NCBI GenBank assembly: GCA_963662795.1
Contig: OY759746.1
Location: forward strand, 3,680,001 to 3,744,000
DNA from: Spirochaetia bacterium
Lineage (GTDB): Bacteria; Spirochaetota; Spirochaetia; CADAEX01
DNA: 64,000 nt
Direction: 5' to 3'
Every line of letters starts with the position of its first letter. Position 1 is the stretch's first letter. Of the stretch, positions 19,742 through 30,229 are shown one piece after another. The notes under the pieces are model-generated. The model did no database searches, was not told the DNA's origin, and worked only from the letters and a program-made list of their open reading frames with translations. Position numbers and translations under genes: made by a program.

Positions 19742-20206
19742 CTAAGCTTTTTCTTTGACTGCGACATTAATTTCAATCCTGCCCTGTGTAAGTTCAATTG
19801 GAACTATCAGTGCTTCAACACCGCTGTCAGAGATAACCATATCTCTGCCAGTTACGATAGATGGAGGGGTAAGATCGAACCTGAATCCAATTTCATGCAG
19901 CTTTGTTACTGCCTGCCCTGTTATCATATTGGCAAGCTCCGTTATGGTAGCTTTTCCAAGTTCATCCAATTCTGTAAGTTCTTCCATGTTCATTTCAGAT
20001 GCTATTTTCAGAGCAGTTTCATGACTCATGTCAAGAAGAACCCTTCCCTCTACATCTCCTGCCAGACCTACTATTGTCGCGACTCCAAGGACAGGTTGTG
20101 AAGTCGATTTCAGATAAAGCTCTCCACGTTTTATTTCAGTATTAAGAACTTCCTTGAGTACATTGAAAGCGGCTTCTACAAAAGGGTTAATATACTCTAC
20201 TCTCAT
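19742..20206 (-). CDS. cheX: CheY-P phosphatase CheX
   Basis: MRVEYINPF, GLAGDVEG, ELANMITG (ExxN motif), LTPP. Confidence 0.97.
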   Translation of the reverse strand: MRVEYINPFVEAAFNVLKEVLNTEIKRGELYLKSTSQPVLGVATIVGLAGDVEGRVLLDMSHETALKIASEMNMEELTELDELGKATITELANMITGQAVTKLHEIGFRFDLTPPSIVTGRDMVISDSGVEALIVPIELTQGRIEINVAVKEKA

Positions 20207-20221
20207 ATTTTCTCCTTACAA

Positions 20222-21553
20222 TTAAATACCAGCATTTTTACGGTAAAAAACAATACCCTGTTCTTCATATTTATCTAATCCTTCAAGGACAATATTCTCA
20301 TTATCACCGGTAATAAGTATTCCATTATTTTTTAATTTTTCAAACAATTCACTTATAATTCTGAATTGTTCATTATAATCAAAAAATGATAAAACGTCCC
20401 TGCATATAATCATGTCTACATCAGGATAAGGATTATGATTTTTGACATCATGATATTCGAAATAAATAATATCTCTTAACTTTTGTGATATTACTCCTCC
20501 TTTTGTTCCTTCAGAGATAAAATCATTCAGATATCCGGGTACAGAAATCTTATCTACAGTTATATTAGGTGCATTTGAAATGCTTAAAAGATCTTTATCA
20601 TTTGCCCATATTTTTATGGCAGCATCAGGATTCTGTTTTCTCGCAATCGCTGCAATGGAATATGTTTCATATCCGTTTCCGCAGCCAATATCCCATATAT
20701 AATAGTTACCTTTTATATTTTCAGGAATTATTTTCATTAATGCCTGTGCTGCAATCTGATCAAAAAATCTACCTGTATTTCTTGAATAAAAAGTTTGTAT
20801 AAATTGTTCGGCATCTTCAACACCTGATAATTGAACATTTTCTCCTGATTCCCTTCTTTTTTTCAACCAATCATCATACCTGCCGAAAAACCAGGCCTCA
20901 TTTATATCAGTAACATGGAAGTTTATAAAGGTTTTAAGAGTATCCTTTATAAAATCCTTATTAACATCTGTTTCTGCTTTTACATCCGCGTTTCGGTAAA
21001 CAATTTTTTCCGGAATAGAACCAGATTCAAATTCTTTTTCCTCAGATTCAGGCTCCTGTTCTAATTCATTCTCCTGTCCGAAAATTCTTTCAATATCAAG
21101 GATAATATATATTTTAGAATCTTTATCGACTATTCCATTTATATATTTGATATTGATATTGCTGAAAATAGGATGAGGCGGCTGTATTGTAGATGATTGT
21201 ATCCCAATTACTTTGTTTATGGAGTCGACAATTACTCCAATCTTTTTATCGTCAACCGTTAAAACTATAACATCTTCCAGGTCATTATTATTTTCATCAT
21301 AAGAAACGCTGAACATAATTCTAAGATCTATAATTGATATAATATCGCCTCTAAGGTTAAATACGCCTCTGACATACGGTTCTGAGTTGGGAACAAATGT
21401 AAATTTATTGACTTTCTGAATTTCTTTTACCTTCATTATGTCAATTCCGTAATCTTTACCGCCAAGTGAGAAAGAAACCATTTTATAATCAATATTATCT
21501 ACAGCTTCTGTTTTATTATATTCTTCTTTTAGTTCCCAGATATCGGTATTCAT
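20222..21553 (-). CDS. cheW: CheW with C-terminal CheR-like domain
   Basis: N-terminal CheW (YGIDIMKVKEI, GVFNLRG); C-terminal IWDIGCGNGYETYS and ICRDVLSF. Confidence 0.93.
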   Translation of the reverse strand: MNTDIWELKEEYNKTEAVDNIDYKMVSFSLGGKDYGIDIMKVKEIQKVNKFTFVPNSEPYVRGVFNLRGDIISIIDLRIMFSVSYDENNNDLEDVIVLTVDDKKIGVIVDSINKVIGIQSSTIQPPHPIFSNINIKYINGIVDKDSKIYIILDIERIFGQENELEQEPESEEKEFESGSIPEKIVYRNADVKAETDVNKDFIKDTLKTFINFHVTDINEAWFFGRYDDWLKKRRESGENVQLSGVEDAEQFIQTFYSRNTGRFFDQIAAQALMKIIPENIKGNYYIWDIGCGNGYETYSIAAIARKQNPDAAIKIWANDKDLLSISNAPNITVDKISVPGYLNDFISEGTKGGVISQKLRDIIYFEYHDVKNHNPYPDVDMIICRDVLSFFDYNEQFRIISELFEKLKNNGILITGDNENIVLEGLDKYEEQGIVFYRKNAGI

Positions 21554-21580
21554 TGTTATTCCTTATTTAAACATTCAAAG

Positions 21581-23950
21581 TCAATTTATATAATTTCTTC
21601 TCTCACGGGCTGTCCGTTCTTTTTTAAAGCAAAGTTCAAGTATCTGATTAACATCAAGAATCAGGGAAACCTGCCCGTCTCCAAGAATAGTCGCCCCTGC
21701 TATCCCCGTAACATTTGTATATTTATCTTTCAATGGCTTTATTACCACATCCTCTTCACCAATCAGCTGATCAACCATCAATCCGATTTTTTTATCGCTG
21801 CTGCCGACCACTACGATATAGTGGGTGTCTCCAGTCTCATTAGTCGGTATTCCAAATAATCTGTTTAAACGGACAAGGGAAACTACATCATCCCTCACAT
21901 CAAAAACTTCGTGATTATCAAGAAATTTAATGTCATCAGAAAATATCCTCTGGCTTTCAATGACTGAAGTTATTGGTATGGCATATATCTCTTTTCCAAC
22001 TTTTATAAGAAGCCCCTGAATAATTGCCAGGGTCAAGGGTAATCTGATGGACAGGGTTGTTCCTACTCCTTTCCGCGACCATACTGTGACAGACCCATTC
22101 AACTTTTCTATCTGTTTCTTTACTACATCCAGTCCGACACCTCTGCCTGATATGTTAGTTACTTCAGCAGCAGTAGAAAATCCCGGTTCAAAAATCAAGT
22201 TAAATGCTTCTATTTCTGTAAGAGCTTTACCGGGGTGAATAATACCCTTACTTACGGCCTTATCCCTTATTACATCTATATCAATACCTTTTCCGTCATC
22301 CGATATTTCAATCAGGATCATGTTGCCTTCGTTTTTTGCTTTTAGAACAATAGTTCCTTCTTCATTTTTTTTATTTTCAATTCTTTTTTCCGGTAATTCA
22401 ATGCCGTGATCCATTGAATTTCTTACACAGTGAATCAGCGGATCAAGCAGCTGCTCAATTACAGATTTGTCCAGCTCAGTATCTTCTCCCTCAATTACCA
22501 GCTGTATTTTTTTATCCAGTTTTTTTGATACATCCCGCACAAGCCTTGGAAATCTGGAAAAGATCTGTGAAATGGGTACCATTCTTATCTGAAGTACCCC
22601 TTCATGAAGTTCATTTGTGATTCTTCCAAAATTTTGTGAGGTATTTACAAGCTTAGTAATTGCATTTTTCAGGGTTGATTCAATATTGTTTAAAGCAGTT
22701 TTCGCAATTTCGTAATCCGGGGATAATTCTTTTTTAATAGCTTTAACATTTACCCCATCTTTGAGATATTTTTCAACGCCATCATATATATCATTGATAG
22801 TGTCATTCATTTTTTGCTGTTTTGTGTGCATTTCATCAAGTATACTTAAAAATTGAGAACTTATCTGATTAAAAGTTGCTTTATTGATTACTGTTTCACT
22901 GACAAGATTTAGAAGATTATCAATACGTCTTGAATCTACTTTTAATACTGTGGAATCGGTGCTTGTTGGTTTTTTTAATTTCTGGAGTTTTGTTTTATCG
23001 CCGGTATCTTCTGTATTTTCTGTATCTTCAACTTTTTCCGTCTCTTCCCTGCTCTCCTGCAGAACAACAGAAGTCTTTTTATCTTCAGGAACAGAATCAA
23101 TAATATTTTCATTTGCTGATTTTATATTTGGTAAATTATCATTTTTTTGTATTTCAGCAATATTTATTTCAGTTGTGACATCTGCGATTGTAATTAATTT
23201 CTTAATTTCACCAGGGTCTCTGTTTGTAGCAATAAAGAAATCAACAACAGGATAATAATTATCTTCATATAACATGTCGAAATCAGGTTTTGTTAACAAT
23301 ACTTTGGATAAATTTTTAAGTTTTGCGAAAACCTGTATTCCACCTATTGAATTCATGGGATTATCTTCATTATAGAAGACTTCGACATTATATATTTTTT
23401 CATCTTTTCCTGATTCGTTAAAAAGCTCCAGTAACTCATATTCTGTAAGTTTTTTTGAATCTTTAACTGTCGGAGCAGCCGGTTTTGATTGAATATCAGC
23501 TTTTTTCACTGGACTGTTTTTTTGTTTTTTATCTTTGATATTTTGTTTATCAGACCCTGATATTAATGATTTCAGAGTCTCTTTTATTTCTGCACAGTCT
23601 GACTTATAAACTTCCCCCTGTGTCCGTGCTTCAATCATTGCCTTGACAATGTCCAAAGATTCGAGAAGTATATCAATAACATCACTGTCAATATTGATTT
23701 TTTCCGCTCTTATATCATCCAGAAGATCTTCGAGAATATGAGTAAATTCAGATATTTCAAACATTTCAACTGCACCTGAATTTCCTTTAAGTGTGTGTGC
23801 AGCTCTGAATATTTCATCAATAGCTTCCTTGTTTCTGGGATCATTTTCTATTACTAAAATATTTTTTTCAAGATTCTCTATTTGCGCATTAGCTTCAAGA
23901 AAAAAATCTTTTAACAATTCCTCATTTGCCGGATCTAAATAATCGCTCAT
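21581..23950 (-). CDS. cheA: Chemotaxis histidine kinase CheA
   Basis: P1 FRAAHTLKG; HCVRNSMDHGIE, DDGKG, PGFSTA, SGRGVGLDVV; C-terminal CheW-like P5 domain. Confidence 0.98.
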   Translation of the reverse strand: MSDYLDPANEELLKDFFLEANAQIENLEKNILVIENDPRNKEAIDEIFRAAHTLKGNSGAVEMFEISEFTHILEDLLDDIRAEKINIDSDVIDILLESLDIVKAMIEARTQGEVYKSDCAEIKETLKSLISGSDKQNIKDKKQKNSPVKKADIQSKPAAPTVKDSKKLTEYELLELFNESGKDEKIYNVEVFYNEDNPMNSIGGIQVFAKLKNLSKVLLTKPDFDMLYEDNYYPVVDFFIATNRDPGEIKKLITIADVTTEINIAEIQKNDNLPNIKSANENIIDSVPEDKKTSVVLQESREETEKVEDTENTEDTGDKTKLQKLKKPTSTDSTVLKVDSRRIDNLLNLVSETVINKATFNQISSQFLSILDEMHTKQQKMNDTINDIYDGVEKYLKDGVNVKAIKKELSPDYEIAKTALNNIESTLKNAITKLVNTSQNFGRITNELHEGVLQIRMVPISQIFSRFPRLVRDVSKKLDKKIQLVIEGEDTELDKSVIEQLLDPLIHCVRNSMDHGIELPEKRIENKKNEEGTIVLKAKNEGNMILIEISDDGKGIDIDVIRDKAVSKGIIHPGKALTEIEAFNLIFEPGFSTAAEVTNISGRGVGLDVVKKQIEKLNGSVTVWSRKGVGTTLSIRLPLTLAIIQGLLIKVGKEIYAIPITSVIESQRIFSDDIKFLDNHEVFDVRDDVVSLVRLNRLFGIPTNETGDTHYIVVVGSSDKKIGLMVDQLIGEEDVVIKPLKDKYTNVTGIAGATILGDGQVSLILDVNQILELCFKKERTARERRNYIN

Positions 23951-24039
23951 ATCTACTCTATTTTAAAAGGATTTTAAAGACAGCCTAAGCTATATTTTCT
24001 TCTACACTATAAAACATAAACAGTTTTTTTTCAAACCAT

Positions 24040-24080
24040 AAATATAAAAAAGCCCCCTTTATGGGAGCTTTTTTATATTT
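24040..24080 (-). terminator. Intrinsic terminator after flaA (could act in both directions)
   Basis: AAATATAAAAAAGC-CCCC-TTTAT-GGGA-GCTTTTTTATATTT inverted repeat with A/T tails. Confidence 0.8.
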
Positions 24081-24111
24081 CTAGCCGTTAAACATTATAT
24101 GTTCAGTAAGA

Positions 24112-25107
24112 TCATCCTTCATCTACGTGCATTTTTTTCTGTTCAAGATATCTTAGAACCTGCTGCTGACCAAGTCTTTCGAATTCAGCTGTTCTTCTTG
24201 ATTCTTCTCTTTCTTTGAGAATACCCCAGATAGCTTCTTCATCAACATCTCTTTCGATTGTGAGGACTGCTTTATCAAAAACAACAGATATATCCTTAAT
24301 GTAAGTAATGATATCCCCGCCTTCCTGTGAAGCATCCTTTATAATTCTTACTCCTGCAAGTTTTACCATTGGTGTAGCTTTCGGATAAAGAGGTGTCTGA
24401 TAAATATCTCTGTTTCTTACTTCTGTAATGTAATTAGGATTTTTCCAGGTAATAGTTCTCCAGCCTTCGAAATTAAGATAATCCATGAATATGGCTTTTT
24501 CTTCGTTGTTCTGATCTTTCAGAATTACTTCAAGACCGTTAGGGAAATTTGATCCATAAACATTCATTGAAAGTGATTTAATTACACCGACATTTTTAAC
24601 AACACCGTAGCCATCGATAAACTTTGAACCGTATCTGTCTGTATCGTCTTCTACAAGTTTGCCGTCACCTTCAATATTTGTTTTTTTCATGTAGGCAGGT
24701 ATCTCAAACGGTGGTTTGATCAATGCCCATGAATTAAATGATTCATCAGGAAAATGAATCCTGATACCAAGAACTTTTTCTCCTGCATATTTTTTTGCTT
24801 CTGCAATTACAGGAACCTCTTTTGTCATGGACAGGGCCTGATTCATAACTCTTCTTGATGAAGATGCAAGCACAACATCCCAGTTATTCAGAGCGATTGA
24901 TGTTTTCATCTCCGCTTTTTCTGCATCTGAATAAGATGTACCAGCTTTATCTGAATAATCTACAAGTGTTCTTGCGTTTTCTTTAGGACCCTGTTCAGGA
25001 TAATCTGCTGCCAATTTTGAAAAGTCAATCAATACAGCTTCTTCAGCAAATGAAATTGCACTAATGAAGAAAAAAACTGTTGTTAGAAGGATGAAGAACC
25101 GTTTCAT
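24112..25107 (-). CDS. flaA: Periplasmic flagellar filament sheath protein FlaA
   Basis: Signal peptide, then EAVLIDFSKL, NNWDVVLASS, LGIRIHFP, PPFEIPAY, GYGVVKNVG, WKNPNYI; located upstream of cheA as in other spirochetes. Confidence 0.95.
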   Translation of the reverse strand: MKRFFILLTTVFFFISAISFAEEAVLIDFSKLAADYPEQGPKENARTLVDYSDKAGTSYSDAEKAEMKTSIALNNWDVVLASSSRRVMNQALSMTKEVPVIAEAKKYAGEKVLGIRIHFPDESFNSWALIKPPFEIPAYMKKTNIEGDGKLVEDDTDRYGSKFIDGYGVVKNVGVIKSLSMNVYGSNFPNGLEVILKDQNNEEKAIFMDYLNFEGWRTITWKNPNYITEVRNRDIYQTPLYPKATPMVKLAGVRIIKDASQEGGDIITYIKDISVVFDKAVLTIERDVDEEAIWGILKEREESRRTAEFERLGQQQVLRYLEQKKMHVDEG

Positions 25108-25143
25108 CTATAGCTCCTTTTTCTTTAATAAACCTTAAATACA

Positions 25144-25171
25144 ATTATAAAATAGGTACAGATTTTGTCAA
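25144..25171 (-). promoter_or_regulatory. Sigma70 promoter of flaA
   Basis: Perfect TTGACA-N16-TATAAT on the minus strand, 36 nt upstream of the ATG; AAGGAG RBS. Confidence 0.85.
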
Positions 25172-25242
25172 CAACTTTTATTTTTTTTTAGATTTTTGTA
25201 ATTGCTGACAAAACTTCCATTTTAATTGTAAAATAACCGGTT

Positions 25243-25707
25243 TTATTCCCTGTCGTCAATCAAAGTTTCTTCACCCGATATTGTAACAACCACCTTTTTA
25301 ACAAAGGGAAAATTAAACTTTATATTTTTTTTTAAAAGTCTAATTCCGGTATCGAAACCGTGTATTGCCTTTTTATCAGGAAAAAGCGCCTTAATATCAA
25401 GATCAAGGTAAATAATTTTATTCCTATATAACATTTTTTCCAGCTTTGTACCAGAAGAAAATAAAGAATCCAGCTTCATATTAAGGGGGCCAAGCAGCAA
25501 TTCCCGTGTAAATATGTCTACATTCTTCTCCCTGTTCATAAATCGGGGGATTTTGTGGCTTTCGCCTACTGTTTTACTGTTATTATGTTCAGGAAAGAAA
25601 AATATTCTTTCCGTTTTATGAAAATTTACAGAAATATATATTGCAAGTGATATTATAAATACTGCTAAAATGGAAATAGCAGATATAATCCTTAATTTCG
25701 TGCTCAA
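25243..25707 (-). CDS. Membrane-anchored GerMN-like protein
   Basis: N-terminal TM, FFP, ELLLGP and V.VTISGE motifs; directly follows the amidase. Confidence 0.6.
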   Translation of the reverse strand: MSTKLRIISAISILAVFIISLAIYISVNFHKTERIFFFPEHNNSKTVGESHKIPRFMNREKNVDIFTRELLLGPLNMKLDSLFSSGTKLEKMLYRNKIIYLDLDIKALFPDKKAIHGFDTGIRLLKKNIKFNFPFVKKVVVTISGEETLIDDRE

Positions 25708-25708
25708 A

Positions 25709-26794
25709 TCAACTTTCTCCGCCGGTATTAATCATTTCAAGATTATCGATAAATCTTTTTATCCCATTATAAATACCTTCGGTTATTTTCTTCAAGTAAT
25801 TTTTATCCGAAAGATTTACAGATTCTTCTTTATTTGATACAAATCCCACTTCAATCAGAACAGAAGGCATTTTGGCATTTTTTACAACAAACCAGGTTTC
25901 TTCCTTTAAGCCTCGGTTTAAATCCTTACTGCCAATTGATTTATCAAGACCATCGAGGATATTTTGCGCCAATAAAATACTCTCTATTGTAAATTCTTCT
26001 TCAAGCATTGTATTCAGGATGGGAAGGATATCTTTTGTTTTTTTGTCAGCTTTGTTCTCATCAATCAAATCCCGCCTGTAATCAGGCGGCAGATACCAAA
26101 CCTCAAACCCTTTTGCGTTTTTATTGAAAGAAGCATTTGCATGTATTGAAACAAATACAATTGCCTCGTTTTTTCCAAGTTTGACATTATTTGCTTTTTC
26201 TACCCTGTCATCAAGTGAGGGATATGAATCGTTGTTTCTCGTCAGAATTATTTTTTTATCCCTGTAGGCAGAGGTTAGCCTCCTGTTTAGTTCAAGTGCA
26301 ATATCAAGTACGACATCTTTTTCATAAACAGTATAATTATTTCCATCAATATCATGTCTGCCTATTGCTCCGGAATCCCTTCCCCCATGCCCGGGATCAA
26401 TAATTATTGCAGCAATCCTGTGCCCCGAAGGTTTAACATCAGTCGGTTCCTTCTCAGCTGGTCTTGAGAAAGCAGTAAAACCGCTCTTTGAGAGTATTGC
26501 TTCAGCGGTTTTACCATCAATTATGATAATTCCTCCGTCCCTGTTTATCCTTGAGCCTGTTATTTTTTCCTTATAGTTATATACAACAAAATCTTCTCCC
26601 GGTTTGAAACTGAAAATATCTTCCCCGTACTTAAGTTCTCCGGTATCAAGTATTGGGGACCATCTGAATGAAAAATTATTTTGTTTAATAAAATCCGTCA
26701 GAGAAATATCATCAGATGCTGCATTGGCATTAAAACAGAGGATAAACAGAAGAATAACAATTAAAACTGCTGATTTCCGCCCTGTTATTACCAT
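25709..26794 (-). CDS. N-acetylmuramoyl-L-alanine amidase (Amidase_3)
   Basis: Signal peptide; IIDPGHGGRD, EKD, LTR, FVSIHANAS and SVLIEVGF zinc-amidase motifs. Confidence 0.95.
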   Translation of the reverse strand: MVITGRKSAVLIVILLFILCFNANAASDDISLTDFIKQNNFSFRWSPILDTGELKYGEDIFSFKPGEDFVVYNYKEKITGSRINRDGGIIIIDGKTAEAILSKSGFTAFSRPAEKEPTDVKPSGHRIAAIIIDPGHGGRDSGAIGRHDIDGNNYTVYEKDVVLDIALELNRRLTSAYRDKKIILTRNNDSYPSLDDRVEKANNVKLGKNEAIVFVSIHANASFNKNAKGFEVWYLPPDYRRDLIDENKADKKTKDILPILNTMLEEEFTIESILLAQNILDGLDKSIGSKDLNRGLKEETWFVVKNAKMPSVLIEVGFVSNKEESVNLSDKNYLKKITEGIYNGIKRFIDNLEMINTGGES

Positions 26795-28425
26795 TTATAA
26801 TCTTTTAAATCCTTTCCGTTTTCAAGATACTCAAGAAGTGTTTCTACAATCCACACTCCCCCCTGAACGCTGCCGCGTGCCACACTTTTCCAAAAAAGGC
26901 CCCCGACGGCAAAAGAACTGCCTATATCCGCTTTTTCTGCAAACCTTATGTTTGCATGATATTCTATCTGCTTTAACACATTATCCAGTGTCCGGCCCTG
27001 CCAGTCCTTACCCTGGTCTCCAACTCCTGATTCCGGCATAATTACATAAAGCGGGTGCTTAATTATATCAATATCCTGAATATTTCCGTAATAATCAGGC
27101 ATTTCAAGAGCTGAACAGCCGGGATTGAATGCATCAGGAATCCATGATTCCTTTTCATTGAATATAAAATTAAATGTCATCTCTCCGCACGGTTTTAATT
27201 TTACAAATATATCACGGCATGCCTGTTCTGCCCCGTAAACAGCTTTCTCTCTATCTCTGTGAACTGCAATTACACTACCGCATTTTTCAACATTATTTTT
27301 TGGAAAATTTACAACATTGCCCGGTTTTACATTTATAAATAATTCTTTTAATACAGTATCTTTATTTCGGTTACTTATGCTTTTCTGAATAATTTCAGGA
27401 ATAAAGACTGAGTCAACAATACCGGGTATTGAGATAAAAGCTCTTTCAGCAGCAGTATTTATATAGCTGTAATCAACTGCTCCCGGATCGTTTCCAACTG
27501 CAATATCGATAGCAGCGTCAATAACGGAAAAACCTGTCGAATAAGGGAATGTCCACCCGGACATATAACCCCCTGAAAGCCTGGCTGCAATTTCACCGAC
27601 AACAGCTCCCTTTCTGCTGTATTTGATATCTCCCTTTGCAGATCCGTTATCTATACCTATGGCTTTTATACCGTCGCAGAAGACTTTTGAGATATTCTCT
27701 GAAGCCTCCTTCGTCAAAACAGCAGGCATTGTATGCCCCATTTCCACAAAATAGGGGGGGAAAAATATATGGCGGTCTGCAATACCGCAGACAGATATTT
27801 TTCCGTCTTTTATAACTGCATCAAGACTGTATTCCGGCCCTTCAATAAATTGTTCTATAATTACCTTTCCTGTTCTTGAATGAATATATGCTGAGTCAAA
27901 TGCCTCTCCAAGCTGAAGGCTGTCGTCTACCCTGACTGTACCGCGCGCGCCCATGCTGTCAACAGGTTTTACAACAAGAGGAAATCCAAGTTTCCGGACC
28001 AAAGCCTCATCAATGTTTCTGTTTTCAGTTATCAGCCAGGCAGGAGACGGAACATTACTGGAGAGAAATGCCTGCCTCATAAGCGATTTGTCAGTAGCTT
28101 TAATTGATGTTTCATAGCTTATGGATTTAAGACCGAGCTGAGTGGAAAGCCAGGCAACAATATATGAAAAATCAGTACCGGCGGTAAATACACCTGCAAT
28201 TTCATACTCTTTCCTGTAGCTGAGGCATTTTTCAAGCAGGGCATCACGGTTTTTCAGGTCTATATTTTCAAAATGGTCAGAGGAAGAAGCTCCCTGTGCT
28301 TTGCAGTTCCCGTCAAAGACTATTGTCATATACCCCTTGCGTTTTGCAGACTCTATGGCCGGTATCTGCATAATCCCTGCTCCAAGAATTACAATAGCTT
28401 TTTTTGCTTCAACAGCTTCAATCAT
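26788..28425 (-). CDS. ATP-grasp domain carboxylate-amine ligase
   Basis: ILGAGIMQ, TDK..MR, VVKPVDSMGARG, IEQFIEGPEYS, GEIAARLSGG. Confidence 0.88.
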   Translation of the reverse strand: MIEAVEAKKAIVILGAGIMQIPAIESAKRKGYMTIVFDGNCKAQGASSSDHFENIDLKNRDALLEKCLSYRKEYEIAGVFTAGTDFSYIVAWLSTQLGLKSISYETSIKATDKSLMRQAFLSSNVPSPAWLITENRNIDEALVRKLGFPLVVKPVDSMGARGTVRVDDSLQLGEAFDSAYIHSRTGKVIIEQFIEGPEYSLDAVIKDGKISVCGIADRHIFFPPYFVEMGHTMPAVLTKEASENISKVFCDGIKAIGIDNGSAKGDIKYSRKGAVVGEIAARLSGGYMSGWTFPYSTGFSVIDAAIDIAVGNDPGAVDYSYINTAAERAFISIPGIVDSVFIPEIIQKSISNRNKDTVLKELFINVKPGNVVNFPKNNVEKCGSVIAVHRDREKAVYGAEQACRDIFVKLKPCGEMTFNFIFNEKESWIPDAFNPGCSALEMPDYYGNIQDIDIIKHPLYVIMPESGVGDQGKDWQGRTLDNVLKQIEYHANIRFAEKADIGSSFAVGGLFWKSVARGSVQGGVWIVETLLEYLENGKDLKDYKW

Positions 28426-30229
28426 TCGCCGGCCCTGCCTTTACTGCATAAATTTCAAACGTATCACCCAGCCGGAATATTCTGCTGATAACGCCCAGAA
28501 ACATCCTTCCAGCCGTAATTTCAAGGAAGCGGGGGAACCTTTCAGGATGGTGTCCTGTGGACCTTACCCTGATTATTCTGAATCCGTATTGCGGAAGAAG
28601 GCAGCAGGCTGTTTTAATGTTCCATATTGTAAAGTGATCATCAGGACTTGATTCAAGAAATCCTGAAATATTTTTCCTGCCGCTTATACCTGAATAATTC
28701 GGAGTGGAAAATGCAAAGAGACCGCCTTCGTTAAGCATACCGTGTATTTTTCTTATGATTTTATCTGTATTTTTGAAATGCTCGATGACATACCACATAG
28801 TTATTATATCGTAATTTCCTTCAGGAGAGAGAACCTCTTTTTTTATTTCTGTTGCCGCAGGGTAAGGCAAAGAAGAGGATGATGCAAAATCAAAAGTGAA
28901 TGCGTTTATTCCAAGCTCCTCTCTGACATATCTTACAGCATCTTCGGATATGTCAATTCCTGTACAGTCATACCCTTTTTTATTCATGACATCAAGAAAA
29001 GGGCCGTAAGCGCATCCGACATCGAGTATTTTTCCTGATGTCTTGATTTTTTCTATTATTTTATGACGGCTGATACAATTAACTGAAATATTGTTAAAAT
29101 CCTCAAGATATGTTTTACCATACTGTTTTTTATATTCCTCAAAAAAATAGGATTTATTGTATATTTCTGAATCCTTTGAAACAGCTTCTGTCTTCTGAAG
29201 AAAATAAATGCCGCACTTCCTGCATTTAATGTAGTTTTTTTTCAGAAACCTCTTGAATATTTTTCCTTCATTTCTGCATATGGGACAAACTGTTTTTTCT
29301 GTCTCTGCAGTATTTTTAAAAAGTTCCATAATATCAGAGGGCGGATCAAGTAATTTTATTGCTCTTTCATCATAAAGAAGAGGGGTTTCAAGAATCCGTT
29401 TAATCTTCTTGATATCCCCGTTAATTATACCTGCTTCATATATTCCTGCAATAAGGGACAGTTTCCTGTGATATCCTGACGGATTGATCAAAATTACATG
29501 CTTTCCGGAATAAAGGGCTTCGTAAGCAGTAAGACCGAATGAGGTAAAAACAAGATCAGCTTCGTCAATTAAATCTTCGATTCCTTTAGGAGATTCAACA
29601 ATGTTGAAAAAACCGTATTTATCCTTTATTTCGCTTTTATTTTTAAAAAAAGGACCTGTTACAACTGTTACCTTAAGATTTTCAAAAAGACTGAACCTGA
29701 TTGCATCGCTTAAAAACCGCTCTGTAATACCGGCAGGATCTTCCCCTCCAAAGGATATTAATACAGATGAATATTTATCTATTCTGCCGGAAGAAAGCAG
29801 GGTTTCTCTTTTATCCGGAATACCAAGCAGACCGGTTGAAGTAATATTGCTCCTTACGCCGGTATTATAGGGATTCGGCAGAGTATCAATAAGGTAGTCA
29901 AAGTTTCTCCTCCAGATACCTCCCTCGTCTACACCTGTGAGAATTATAGATATATTTCTGCATTTTTCTATCAGCTGTACCGGAGTTCTCCTCATGTCAA
30001 GAACAGACATATCCCAGCGTCCCTCCAAAACTGATACAATCTTTTTATTATCAGACAAATGAGCGGATGCGAATTCAGAATTACTTTCAGACAGGTACTC
30101 TTTGAGCCTTTGTTCAGGTATATAGATATAACCTTCATAAAGCGGTGACTCTGCCCAGAGACAGCATCTTCGCAAATGGCCGCTTCCGTTACCTTTTTCA
30201 GATGAAGGGATAAAAAGTATTTTTTTCAT
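28418..30229 (-). CDS. PseG/SpsG-like GT-B domain fused to a Zn-ribbon class I SAM methyltransferase
   Basis: GNGSGHLRRC, ISFGGEDP, VVTGP, FTSFGLTAYEA; then CPIC...CRKCG, LDVGCAYG and WYVIEHF. Confidence 0.82.
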   Translation of the reverse strand: MKKILFIPSSEKGNGSGHLRRCCLWAESPLYEGYIYIPEQRLKEYLSESNSEFASAHLSDNKKIVSVLEGRWDMSVLDMRRTPVQLIEKCRNISIILTGVDEGGIWRRNFDYLIDTLPNPYNTGVRSNITSTGLLGIPDKRETLLSSGRIDKYSSVLISFGGEDPAGITERFLSDAIRFSLFENLKVTVVTGPFFKNKSEIKDKYGFFNIVESPKGIEDLIDEADLVFTSFGLTAYEALYSGKHVILINPSGYHRKLSLIAGIYEAGIINGDIKKIKRILETPLLYDERAIKLLDPPSDIMELFKNTAETEKTVCPICRNEGKIFKRFLKKNYIKCRKCGIYFLQKTEAVSKDSEIYNKSYFFEEYKKQYGKTYLEDFNNISVNCISRHKIIEKIKTSGKILDVGCAYGPFLDVMNKKGYDCTGIDISEDAVRYVREELGINAFTFDFASSSSLPYPAATEIKKEVLSPEGNYDIITMWYVIEHFKNTDKIIRKIHGMLNEGGLFAFSTPNYSGISGRKNISGFLESSPDDHFTIWNIKTACCLLPQYGFRIIRVRSTGHHPERFPRFLEITAGRMFLGVISRIFRLGDTFEIYAVKAGPAND

